Assembly (NCBI RefSeq): GCF_030693485.1
Contig: NZ_JAUYAN010000053.1
Location: forward strand, 1,258 to 65,257
Reading direction: 5' to 3'
Source of the DNA: Bradyrhizobium sp.
Lineage (GTDB): Bacteria > Pseudomonadota > Alphaproteobacteria > Rhizobiales > Xanthobacteraceae
DNA: 64,000 bases
How positions within the stretch are numbered: position 1 is the stretch's first letter; every line of letters begins with the position of its first letter. The translations under genes were made by a program, and so were the position numbers. This document shows, one piece after another, positions 56,035 through 64,000 of this stretch. The notes under the pieces are model-generated. The model worked only from the letters and a program-made list of their open reading frames with translations. It did no database searches and was not told the origin of the DNA.

Positions 56035-56514
56035 ATGTCGGAGCGAGGGTCGATCATGGCGGAGTCCAGACTCGGCGAAACCAACGTTCATACCGCGCCC
56101 ACCAACGTGCCCGGCGTCGTTCGTTATCGTTTTCCCTGGGTGAGGGATCCGCGGGGAAACCTGGCGGTTGGCGAGTTCGAAAAGGAATTTCCATTCCGCC
56201 CGCAACGGTATTTCATCGTCTCGGGCGTGCCGTCCGGCGCGACGCGTGGAGAACATGCGCACAAGAAATGCCACCAACTCCTGATCTGCGCACAGGGCCA
56301 AATTCGTCTCTCGGTCGATGATGGAAAGTCGCGGTTTGAAACCCGGTTGGACCAACCCAATGTCGGTATCTACATTCCCAACATGATCTGGTGCGAGCAT
56401 TGGCAATACAGCGCCGACGCCGCGCTGCTCGTGTTCGCCTCGCAGCCCTATGATCCGGCGGATGACATCCGGGAGTACAGCGCTTTCCTGAACGCCGTCG
56501 GCGCTGCCGGCTGA
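56035..56514 (+). CDS. WxcM/FdtA-like cupin (NDP-4-keto-6-deoxyhexose 3,4-ketoisomerase family)
   Basis: DPRGNL..., GATRGEHAHKKCHQLLICAQG, IYIPNMIW blocks are typical of FdtA/WxcM. ATG at 56035 follows GAGGTG (track GTG 56029). Confidence 0.75.
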   Translation: MSERGSIMAESRLGETNVHTAPTNVPGVVRYRFPWVRDPRGNLAVGEFEKEFPFRPQRYFIVSGVPSGATRGEHAHKKCHQLLICAQGQIRLSVDDGKSRFETRLDQPNVGIYIPNMIWCEHWQYSADAALLVFASQPYDPADDIREYSAFLNAVGAAG

Positions 56515-56522
56515 ACACGAAT

Positions 56523-57551
56523 ATGGCAAATCACGTCTATTGCACCTACTTCGACCACAACTACCTGTCGCGCGGACTTGCGCTCTATCATTCGATGCAG
56601 CGCCATGCGCCCGGGTCGCGTCTCTGGGTGCTTTGCCTCAGCGAGGAATGTTACCGGACCCTTGTCGCGCTCGATCTGCCGGACATGATTGCCGTGCGGC
56701 TCGCGGATTTTGAAGCCGCCGATGCCGGGGTCGCGGCAACCCGTGCCCACCGCAGCACGATTGAATACTACTTCACGTGCACGCCCGCCTGGATGCTCTT
56801 TGTGTTGGCGCGCGAAGCCGGCGCCGAGTGGGTGACGTACCTCGATGGTGATCTGTATTTCTTCGAGTCACCCGAGAAGATCTACGGCGAACTGAAGGAC
56901 GCGGCCGTCGCCATCATTCCCCACCGATTCTCGTCGAAGCTCGCAAGGCTTCGAAAGTTTGGGACCTACAATGTCGGGTGGGTAGGCGCCCGCAACGATT
57001 CGGAGGGCACTGCCGTCATCAGCTGGTGGCGGGAAAAATGCATCGAATGGTGCCATGACTACGTCGACGGCGATCGCTTTGCCGATCAGGGCTACCTCGA
57101 TTCCTTTTCACGCCTTTTCGCACGCGTTAAAGTCATCGATAACGTCGGCGCCAATCTGGCGCCCTGGAATATCGGAAATTACCGGATCGATTTTCGTGAC
57201 CATCGAGTTGTGATCGATGCGATCGTGCCACTGATATTTTTCCATTTTCAGGGCGTGAAAAAGGGATGGGGCTGGTTCATCTTCAACAGCCATCGCGTTC
57301 ACCGCGCACCTTTCTCGAAAATTGTGCGCGACCATATTTACAGGCCCTATGTGCGTGAGCTGCTGGCGATCGAAAAAGCTATCAAACCGGTTTTGCAGCT
57401 CCCTGACGCCAGGCCGCACCGCCGGTCGGCCATCGTCGATATCAGGCAGTACCTCACGAGTAAGGTGCGAAATGTCGGCGTCCGCGTGTTGCAATTGCTG
57501 GATATCGCTACGGGTCGTGCTTTTCTTGTCTTTCGCGGCACAGCATACTAG
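56523..57551 (+). CDS. GT-A fold nucleotide-diphospho-sugar glycosyltransferase
   Basis: HVYCTYFDHNYL N-terminus and DxD context YLDGDLYFF. Family assignment is uncertain. Confidence 0.55.
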   Translation: MANHVYCTYFDHNYLSRGLALYHSMQRHAPGSRLWVLCLSEECYRTLVALDLPDMIAVRLADFEAADAGVAATRAHRSTIEYYFTCTPAWMLFVLAREAGAEWVTYLDGDLYFFESPEKIYGELKDAAVAIIPHRFSSKLARLRKFGTYNVGWVGARNDSEGTAVISWWREKCIEWCHDYVDGDRFADQGYLDSFSRLFARVKVIDNVGANLAPWNIGNYRIDFRDHRVVIDAIVPLIFFHFQGVKKGWGWFIFNSHRVHRAPFSKIVRDHIYRPYVRELLAIEKAIKPVLQLPDARPHRRSAIVDIRQYLTSKVRNVGVRVLQLLDIATGRAFLVFRGTAY

Positions 57552-57640
57552 GACGGAGAGGGCGACGCCGATTGCCTGCGTCGATATCGTCGCGGGCCAC
57601 TATTGCGTCTTAGTTTTACTTCGCTGTCTGCGAGATTCCG

Positions 57641-58609
57641 ATGCGCTTGTTGATCCTCGGCTATTCCTCAATCGCGCAACGGCGCGTGATACGCGCGGCA
57701 GCGCAGACAGCGGCGATCAGCGAGGTGTCGATCGCGAGCAAGAGTCGGGCGGAGCCGAACGAGGGATGGCCGAAGCGCGGACATTTTTTTGCCGATTACG
57801 ATTTGGCGCTGCGCGAAAGCCAGGCCGATATCGTCTACGTTTCGCTGCCGAACGCAATGCATGAACATTGGGTCCTGGCGGCGCTTGCCTCCGGCAAGCA
57901 CGTCCTCGTCGACAAGCCGGCGATGACCACGAGGGAAGCGTGCGAACGCGGCGTAAAGCAAGCCCGGCTCAGTGGCCGTATGCTCGCGGAAGCCACCGTG
58001 TTTGACTATCATCCGCATTTCGAAGCGTTGCGGGGTTTTCTCGCCGTGCAGGGTCCGCTCACGCACGTCGATGCCCAGTTCATCATTCCACCATTGCCGG
58101 CCGCCAACTTTCGCAACCACACGGAATTCGGCGGCGGCTGCCTGCTGGATATGAGTCCTTATGCCGCCGGCTTGATGCGGATACTCGGCGGCGGTTTGCC
58201 GTCGCATGTCACGGCATTGGCGGGCACCCGCCATCCCGAGACCGGCGTCGACATGGGCTTTTCGGTCCAGGCGCGGCTGGCGAACGGCGGCATCTTTTCC
58301 GGTCACTTCAGCTTCGAGGGCGAGTATCAAAATCGCTTGCTCATTGTGGCGCGTTCAGGCTCTGTGATGATAGAGCGCGTGTTCAGCCCGCCGGCCGATC
58401 ACCGGATGGAATGGCGCCAGCATGTCCGCAACGTCGAGACCGTAGTGACCTTCGAGGCTGCCGATACCTTCGCGCGTTTCCTGGATGCGGCGACACGCGC
58501 GATCGCGGCGGATGATCACGAGCCGCTGCATCGCGATCTGCTGGCTGACGCTGAATGCCGGGCCCGGATCGCCGCGGCGCTCGCTGACCCGCCAACCCTT
58601 GTGAGATGA
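57641..58609 (+). CDS. Gfo/Idh/MocA family oxidoreductase (candidate NDP-hexose 3-ketoreductase, KijD10/OleW-like)
   Basis: N-terminal Rossmann (MRLLILGYSSIAQRR) and VLVDKPA motif. Translationally coupled to the aminotransferase. Confidence 0.7.
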   Translation: MRLLILGYSSIAQRRVIRAAAQTAAISEVSIASKSRAEPNEGWPKRGHFFADYDLALRESQADIVYVSLPNAMHEHWVLAALASGKHVLVDKPAMTTREACERGVKQARLSGRMLAEATVFDYHPHFEALRGFLAVQGPLTHVDAQFIIPPLPAANFRNHTEFGGGCLLDMSPYAAGLMRILGGGLPSHVTALAGTRHPETGVDMGFSVQARLANGGIFSGHFSFEGEYQNRLLIVARSGSVMIERVFSPPADHRMEWRQHVRNVETVVTFEAADTFARFLDAATRAIAADDHEPLHRDLLADAECRARIAAALADPPTLVR

Positions 58610-59712
58610 CGATGCCGATCAACGTTTGGGACTATCTGCGGGAATACGACGAACTGCGCGACGAGATTCTCGCAACGGTGGATCGGGTATTCCGTTCCGG
58701 GCGGCTGGTGCTGGGACAGGAGGGCGTCAAATTCGAGCGCGAGATGGCCGCCTATCTCGGCGTTGCCGCCGGCGTCGGGGTGAACAGCGGGACTGACGCC
58801 ATCTATATCGCGCTCGCCGCATTGGGCGTGAAAGCCGGCGATGAAGTCATCACGGTGCCCAATACCGCGGTGCCGACGGTTTCGGCGATCCGCACCCTCG
58901 GCGCAAGGCCGGTCTTTGTTGACGTGCGTGACGACGATTTCCTGATGGACGTGGAGCAGGTCGAGGCGGCGATTACGCCCCGCACCACGGCGATCATTCC
59001 GGTCCATCTCTATGGTCAATGCGTGGATCTGGATCCGCTCATGGCGATTGCCCGCCGGCATGGGCTCAAGGTGATGGAGGATTGCGCGCAGTCGCAAGGC
59101 GCGCTCTACAAGGACCACCAGTCCGGAAGCGTCGGCGACGCTTCGTCTTTCTCGTTTTATCCGACCAAGGTCCTCGGTGCCTATGGCGACGGCGGCATGG
59201 TGATGAGCGATGACGAGGCGGTCATCAAGCTTGCGCGCAGCTTGCGTTTCTACGGCATGGAAACCGTCTATTATTCCGAACGGCATGGTTACAATTCCCG
59301 TCTGGACGAGGTGCAGGCGGCAATTCTGTCGCTCAAGCTCCCGAGGATCGATGGCTGGATCGACCGCCGGCGGGCGATTGCCGCGCGTTATAATCAGGCA
59401 CTTGCCGGGACCGGCATCGTGCTGCCGCGCGAGAACGCGCACAGCCGGCACACTTATTATGTTTATGTGGTTGAGCATCCGACCGACCGCGATGGCGTGC
59501 TGGAGCGTCTGGCCGGGGCCGGCATCAATTGCAACGTTTCCTACCGCTGGCCGATCCATATCATGCGCGGCTCTGCCGACCTCGGATACCGCGAAGGGCA
59601 GTTCCCGGTAGCCGAACGCAAGGCGCAGCGAATTTTCTCGCTGCCGATGTATCCGCTGCTGAAGGACGAGGAAGTCGATACGGTGATTGATGTCCTGAAG
59701 GGCGTGATCTGA
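58606..59712 (+). CDS. DegT/DnrJ/EryC1/StrS family sugar aminotransferase
   Basis: GxDAI, D..QS.GA and SFYPTKVLGAYGDGG (PLP-Lys) blocks. ATGA overlap upstream. Confidence 0.9.
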   Translation: MTMPINVWDYLREYDELRDEILATVDRVFRSGRLVLGQEGVKFEREMAAYLGVAAGVGVNSGTDAIYIALAALGVKAGDEVITVPNTAVPTVSAIRTLGARPVFVDVRDDDFLMDVEQVEAAITPRTTAIIPVHLYGQCVDLDPLMAIARRHGLKVMEDCAQSQGALYKDHQSGSVGDASSFSFYPTKVLGAYGDGGMVMSDDEAVIKLARSLRFYGMETVYYSERHGYNSRLDEVQAAILSLKLPRIDGWIDRRRAIAARYNQALAGTGIVLPRENAHSRHTYYVYVVEHPTDRDGVLERLAGAGINCNVSYRWPIHIMRGSADLGYREGQFPVAERKAQRIFSLPMYPLLKDEEVDTVIDVLKGVI

Positions 59713-60407
59713 TGGCCGAACGTACGCATCTGAACTGGTTTCGTGAACGGCTTGCCGCCTCCCGGGCAATCGAACCGAAGGATCCGGCGCCGATTTTGGC
59801 CTGGCGCGAGGCGCACCGCAGTTCGATCCGGTTCAAGTCCGAATTGATCGGACTTGATCAGGTTCGCGACTGGTCTCGCGACGAGCAGGGCAATGTGCAG
59901 CACCGGAGCGGTCAATTTTTTCGCATCGAGGGGGCGCGGGTCGAAAGCAGTGGCGTGCGCGAGGTTGCGACATGGGATCAGCCGATCATGACGCAGCTTG
60001 ACGGCGGCGTTCTCGCGATGGTCGCGCGGGAAACCGACCAGGGGGTTGAATTCCTGCTGCAGGCAATAGCCGAGTGTGGAAACATCGACACTCTGCAGCT
60101 TGGCCCGACGGTTCAAAGCACGTGGTCGAACATCAGGCGCGCGCATACCGGAAGGCGGCCTCCGATGCTCGAAGTCGTGTTCGCCGAGGCCGGTGTCCGC
60201 ACCGTTTACCGGGCGAACCATAATGAGGAGGGTGGCCGGTTCTGGAAAAAATCCAATGAGAACGTCGTCGTGTTTCTTGACGACGAAGGTGTGATCGAGA
60301 CCGACATGAAGATGTTCTACTGGGCCAGCCTCAGTCAGATCAAGGAACTCGCCTTGACGGACAACGTGCTCAATCCGTTCGTCAAGACGATTCTCATGCC
60401 GCTGTAG
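59712..60407 (+). CDS. NDP-hexose 2,3-dehydratase family protein, single-domain (231 aa)
   Basis: HRSGQFFRIEG...WDQPIM...GVLAMVAR...EFLLQA..E.GN...LQLGPTVQST.SN is the Hexose_dehydratase signature. Start overlaps the DegT stop (TGATG). Confidence 0.7.
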   Translation: MAERTHLNWFRERLAASRAIEPKDPAPILAWREAHRSSIRFKSELIGLDQVRDWSRDEQGNVQHRSGQFFRIEGARVESSGVREVATWDQPIMTQLDGGVLAMVARETDQGVEFLLQAIAECGNIDTLQLGPTVQSTWSNIRRAHTGRRPPMLEVVFAEAGVRTVYRANHNEEGGRFWKKSNENVVVFLDDEGVIETDMKMFYWASLSQIKELALTDNVLNPFVKTILMPL

Positions 60408-60434
60408 TGATGGACATGAACCGGCAGCCGGCTT

Positions 60435-61223
60435 CTACAGGGTAGCGAAGAGATAGGTTTCCGTCGTCGAATGATGGCCTGTCGCCTCATGGACGTTGTA
60501 TGGAATGCCCGGCCATTCGCGTTCGAGGCGTAACCCGGCGCCCCGGCACATTTCCATCAGTTCCTGCTTGCCGAATACGACTTCGACGACCGGCGCGCCA
60601 TAGGCATATTTGCTCAGGAACGTCGTCTGATGATCGTGGAACACCGGCACGGTGTGAAAGATGCAGTAGCGCGCCGCGACCCGCGCGGCCTCGCGGATCG
60701 CGGCCTGATAGTCGATGATGTGCATCAGCGAGACGCCGTTGAAGACGATGTCGAACGCGCGGTCGGCGTAAGGCAGCCTGGTCGCGTCGGCGACCTCGAA
60801 CGTCATCAGCGGGTAGCGGAGGCGGGCGCGCTCGATCATGGCACCGGAATAATCGATGCCGGTGTAATCGACGCCGCCCGGAAGCAGGGTGGCGAACACC
60901 TCGGAATAATAGCCGCTGCCGCAGCCGACCTCGAGCAACCGGGGATGCGGGATCGCTGTCGCCGCGACGGCTTCGGCCGCGACCCTGAGATCGAGCCGCG
61001 GCTCGCCGCGCTTCATCGTGGCGATCAGGCTGTCATAGGCGCGTTGCTGCCGGGCGACCGTGCGCCCGGCAAGCCATCCGTCCGACGATGCCGCGGCAGT
61101 TTGCGCTTCATCCACGCCGCCGAGCACCCGGTAGTCGGTCGAGAACAGGATCTGACGCCGCAGGATCGGCGTCGACTGGATCACGGCCTTGGCAACTTTT
61201 CTGACGATGCGGGGAAGCTTCAT
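60435..61223 (-). CDS. class I SAM-dependent methyltransferase
   Basis: Motif I LLEVGCGSGYYS and post-I/II spacing. ATGA overlap with the upstream GT. Confidence 0.8.
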   Translation of the reverse strand: MKLPRIVRKVAKAVIQSTPILRRQILFSTDYRVLGGVDEAQTAAASSDGWLAGRTVARQQRAYDSLIATMKRGEPRLDLRVAAEAVAATAIPHPRLLEVGCGSGYYSEVFATLLPGGVDYTGIDYSGAMIERARLRYPLMTFEVADATRLPYADRAFDIVFNGVSLMHIIDYQAAIREAARVAARYCIFHTVPVFHDHQTTFLSKYAYGAPVVEVVFGKQELMEMCRGAGLRLEREWPGIPYNVHEATGHHSTTETYLFATL

Positions 61224-62410
61224 CGCCGGGCCCGCGCCTGTTCGGCGAATTCCAGGATCTCCCGGGTGCGATGGCCGTAGGTGTGCTGCTGCATGGTCCT
61301 CGCCTGGCCGGCGTGCGCGATCGCCGCGCGACTGCCTTCGTCAGCGAGGGCGCGCGCGATGCCCGCCAGGCAGTCGCCGGTCGAGCCCCACACCGCGACT
61401 TCGCGCGCTGGCTCGAACAGCGTGTGGAGATTGTCCTTGAAGTCTGTCAGCAGAAAAGCCCCGACGCCGGTGGCTTCGAACAGCCGCATGTTTCCGGCCT
61501 CCCGGCCGGCAAGGTCGATATGCGAATTGAGCGTCACGCGGGAACGGCGCAGCACCTGATACATGTCGGCGCCCCAGACCTCGCCCTGGAAGCAGCGGTG
61601 CAGCCGCGAACTGGCGGCAAGCGCCTGCGGCCGGCTTCCGAATAATTTGAGATCGTAGCGTTCGGCGACGGCCTCCAGCAACGCGATGCGCTGCCGGTGA
61701 TCCGGCGACACCGTGCCGACGAATGAAACATCCAAATCGGGCTCCGGCGCGGCCGGCAAGGCGTCGAGGATGGCGGGTTCGAAGGCGAGGTGATTCACTT
61801 CGGCGCGCACCCCGAGGTTTCGAAAGAAATTCACGGTGGTGGAGAGCTGCGACATCATCAGGTCGTAGACCGGCCAATCCTCGCCGCGGGATGGCTCGAT
61901 TCCGACCATGCCGATCAGGATCGGATTGCCGATGCCCTTGATACGCCGCATCAGGCTGGCGTTCACATGGAAGGTGTCCTGGTTGATGATCAGGTCGGGC
62001 CGAAAGTCCTCGATCTGGGCGAGCAGGATAGTCTCGGCCTGGGTATCGAGCCGCGGGCTAAGACCGATTTTCCGCGCCAGCGGCCGCAGCAGCGGCTTGA
62101 ACGGCGTCACGGCGCGCTGCAGCCATCCGGGAAGCGCCCGCGGCGCGTCTGCGCCCGGTGGCGCAATTGCCACCGGCAGGCCATGCTCGCGCGCCCAGGC
62201 CGACTGCAGCCATGAATTGTTGACGTGAATCTCCGCCGCGGGGTGGCCTGACGCGCTGAAATTCCTGGAATAGAAGTCGGCGACGCCGAACAGGCTGGCA
62301 TTTCGCGCTGCCATCTGCGCGGCATAGGAAGCGTTTTCAAGCCCGGGGTGGCTCTGATAGAGCCAAGCCAGAAAGCGCGGATAGTCCGCGTTGAGGACGA
62401 GGATGCGCAT
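61220..62410 (-). CDS. glycosyltransferase (CgeB/Glyco_trans_1_2-like C-terminal domain)
   Basis: C-terminal NMRLFEATGVGAFLLTD... block is typical of the CgeB-like GT family. N-terminal DUF3880-like region. Confidence 0.6.
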   Translation of the reverse strand: MRILVLNADYPRFLAWLYQSHPGLENASYAAQMAARNASLFGVADFYSRNFSASGHPAAEIHVNNSWLQSAWAREHGLPVAIAPPGADAPRALPGWLQRAVTPFKPLLRPLARKIGLSPRLDTQAETILLAQIEDFRPDLIINQDTFHVNASLMRRIKGIGNPILIGMVGIEPSRGEDWPVYDLMMSQLSTTVNFFRNLGVRAEVNHLAFEPAILDALPAAPEPDLDVSFVGTVSPDHRQRIALLEAVAERYDLKLFGSRPQALAASSRLHRCFQGEVWGADMYQVLRRSRVTLNSHIDLAGREAGNMRLFEATGVGAFLLTDFKDNLHTLFEPAREVAVWGSTGDCLAGIARALADEGSRAAIAHAGQARTMQQHTYGHRTREILEFAEQARARR

Positions 62411-62416
62411 GACTGT

Positions 62417-63529
62417 CTAGATCGCGATCCTGAAGCCGTAATTCTTGTCGATCCACGTCTTGTAGGCGCCGCTGGTCACCTCGCGCCACCAGTCCTCATG
62501 GTCGAGATACCATTGCACGGTCTGGCCGAGGCCGTCATCGAAATCGACGCTGCATCGGTTGCCGAGCTCGCCGGCCAGTTTAGCGGCATCGATGGCATAG
62601 CGGTGGTCGTGGCCGGGCCGGTCCGTCACGAAGCTGATCAGCGAGCGGCAGGAATTTCCCGAAGCCGCGGGACAGGACGGAAACCGCGACGCCAGACTGG
62701 CATCGGTGGCAAACGCGCGGTCGAGCGTGTCGCAGATCAGGCCGACGACCTCCCGGTTGTTGCGCTCGTTGCCGCCGCCGACATTGTAGGTCTCTCCGAT
62801 GCGACCGCGCTCGATCACGGCCATCAGCGCCGCGCAATGATCGGATACGTGCAGCCAGTCGCGGACGTTGGAGCCATCGCCGTAGATCGGCAGCGGCTTG
62901 CCCTCCAGCGCATGGATGATCATCAGCGGGATCAGTTTTTCCGGATGCTGATAGGAACCGTAATTGTTCGAGCAGTTGGTGATCAGCGCCGGCAGCCGGT
63001 AGGTCTCGACATAGGCGCGCACCAGATGGTCGCTCGCCGCCTTGCTCGCGGCGTAAGGCGAATTGGGGCGGTACGGCGAGGATTCCGAAAACGCGGGGTC
63101 GGTCAATTGCAGCGAGCCATAGACCTCGTCGGTCGAGACATGGAGAAAGCGGCTGCGGTCGAGCGTTCCGGCCGAACGCCACGCGTCGAGCGCGGCCCTG
63201 AGCAGCGTGAAGGTTCCGAGCACGTTGGTTTGCAGGAATGCTTCGGGATCGGCGATCGAGCGATCGACATGCGACTCCGCGGCAAGATGGGCGACGCGGG
63301 TGAATTTGTGCTCCTCGAACAGCCGCCGCATCAGCGCAGCATCCCCGATGTCGCCCTTGACGAACAGGATGCTGCGGTTGGCGATCAGCGGTTCGAGACT
63401 TCGCAGATTGGCGGCATAGGTCATAGCATCGACGATGACCAGCCGGTCGGCCGGCCGCGCGGCGCGCCATGCGTGAACCAGGTTCTGGCCGATGAAGCCG
63501 GCACCGCCGGTGATCAAAACGCTTTGCAT
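62417..63529 (-). CDS. rfbB: dTDP-glucose 4,6-dehydratase
   Basis: ITGGAGFIGQN Rossmann, catalytic STDEVYG and YAASKAASDH. Start ATG at 63529 (MQSVLITGG); the track start 63559 is an extension. Confidence 0.9.
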   Translation of the reverse strand: MQSVLITGGAGFIGQNLVHAWRAARPADRLVIVDAMTYAANLRSLEPLIANRSILFVKGDIGDAALMRRLFEEHKFTRVAHLAAESHVDRSIADPEAFLQTNVLGTFTLLRAALDAWRSAGTLDRSRFLHVSTDEVYGSLQLTDPAFSESSPYRPNSPYAASKAASDHLVRAYVETYRLPALITNCSNNYGSYQHPEKLIPLMIIHALEGKPLPIYGDGSNVRDWLHVSDHCAALMAVIERGRIGETYNVGGGNERNNREVVGLICDTLDRAFATDASLASRFPSCPAASGNSCRSLISFVTDRPGHDHRYAIDAAKLAGELGNRCSVDFDDGLGQTVQWYLDHEDWWREVTSGAYKTWIDKNYGFRIAI

Positions 63530-64000
63530 CCGAGCCTCTGGGTTGTTTTGCGCCGGCAAGGTGATCCCTCACTGGACGCCGCGGCTTGTCTCGATGTCAC
63601 GGCGCTGGCCCGGCAAACCTGCGGCCTGCCGCCAGCGGCGAACCCCGTTATATTCGCTGCTTCGGCCGCCGTCACCCGGTGTTATTTCTTGCCGGACATT
63701 GTCGCATATCTGTAAATGAATGGGCTATTGCGAGTCGGTTGGACGAAGCGAATACTATTCGTCAGAGTCGTGGGCGGACGACCGATGGCTCTCAAGGTGA
63801 TCTATTGGTGAATCCGGGCATCCCGTCACAGGCTCGCCAATACGGGATTCATGTTTGTCGGGCAGGAGCCAAGTTGCATGTCTTTGCCCGGGAGCAAGCT
63901 TGTTTCGGCAGAGCCTGCCATACAGCCAAACGGCGGCCACGAGCCGCTCGCGTTCCGAGTCGCGTTTTCATGGTTGGTGGCGCCAAACTCCGCACTGGTG

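Noticed and set aside
62348-63715. 455-aa plus-strand ORF
   Set aside because: Antisense to rfbB, which has unambiguous SDR motifs.
63560-64000. Small ORF 63755-63940 (minus) and a plus-strand frame open to the window end (ATG 63851/63878, MSLPGSKLVSAEP...)
   Set aside because: Too short and featureless to call. The plus-strand frame could be the start of a gene continuing off-window, but there is no motif or convincing RBS.
1-64000. Searched for tRNA/rRNA genes, CRISPR arrays, IS elements, integrases and toxin-antitoxin pairs
   Set aside because: There are no cloverleaf-like or rRNA-like segments and no regularly spaced short direct repeats. No transposase or recombinase-like ORFs are present in the track. 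Nothing can be supported.

Overview
This is a high-GC chromosomal segment. It is most consistent with a Bradyrhizobiaceae-type alphaproteobacterium: it has orphan Bug/TctC binding proteins, many GC-rich shadow ORFs, and one palindromic intergenic element whose translated signature I recognise from that family. That taxonomic call is inference.

Bases 1-28.2 kb are a mosaic of small regulatory, catabolic and transport operons:
- a 5'-truncated STAND/AAA_16-TPR ATPase, a small unknown protein and a Crp/Fnr regulator;
- cyclase-family and FAH-family hydrolases next to a NitT/TauT-type ABC importer with a GntR regulator;
- a Bug - IorA/IorB-like molybdenum hydroxylase - signal-less ModA-like operon;
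- a cytoplasmic MopB-type molybdoenzyme with an enoyl-CoA hydratase and a second Bug protein;
- a GntR - FAD/Fe-S hydroxyacid oxidase - GlcG - sulfatase operon, divergent from two tandem class-V aminotransferase paralogs and another enoyl-CoA hydratase.

Bases 28.2-64 kb are a cell-envelope and secretion island:
- a frameshifted DUF616-like glycosyltransferase;
- a ~1300-aa VCBS-repeat/CBM-like/RTX protein;
- a CoA-transferase;
- a secreted beta-helix protein with a split AT3 acyltransferase / AlgX-like SGNH pair and a Sel1 protein;
- a complete but atypically organised type II secretion locus (gspO-gspD divergent from gspEFGHIJKLM), with an autotransporter wedged before a GspC-like gene;
- a polysaccharide cluster (flippase, FdtA-like isomerase, two glycosyltransferases, Gfo/Idh/MocA reductase, DegT aminotransferase, half-size NDP-hexose 2,3-dehydratase, methyltransferase, RfbB).

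I saw no rRNA, tRNA, CRISPR, IS or integrase. I found no unambiguous brand-new system. The best leads are the 2,6-dideoxy-aminosugar surface-glycan cluster, the atypical T2SS with a lipobox secretin, short peptidase and embedded autotransporter, and the split O-acetylation-like module.
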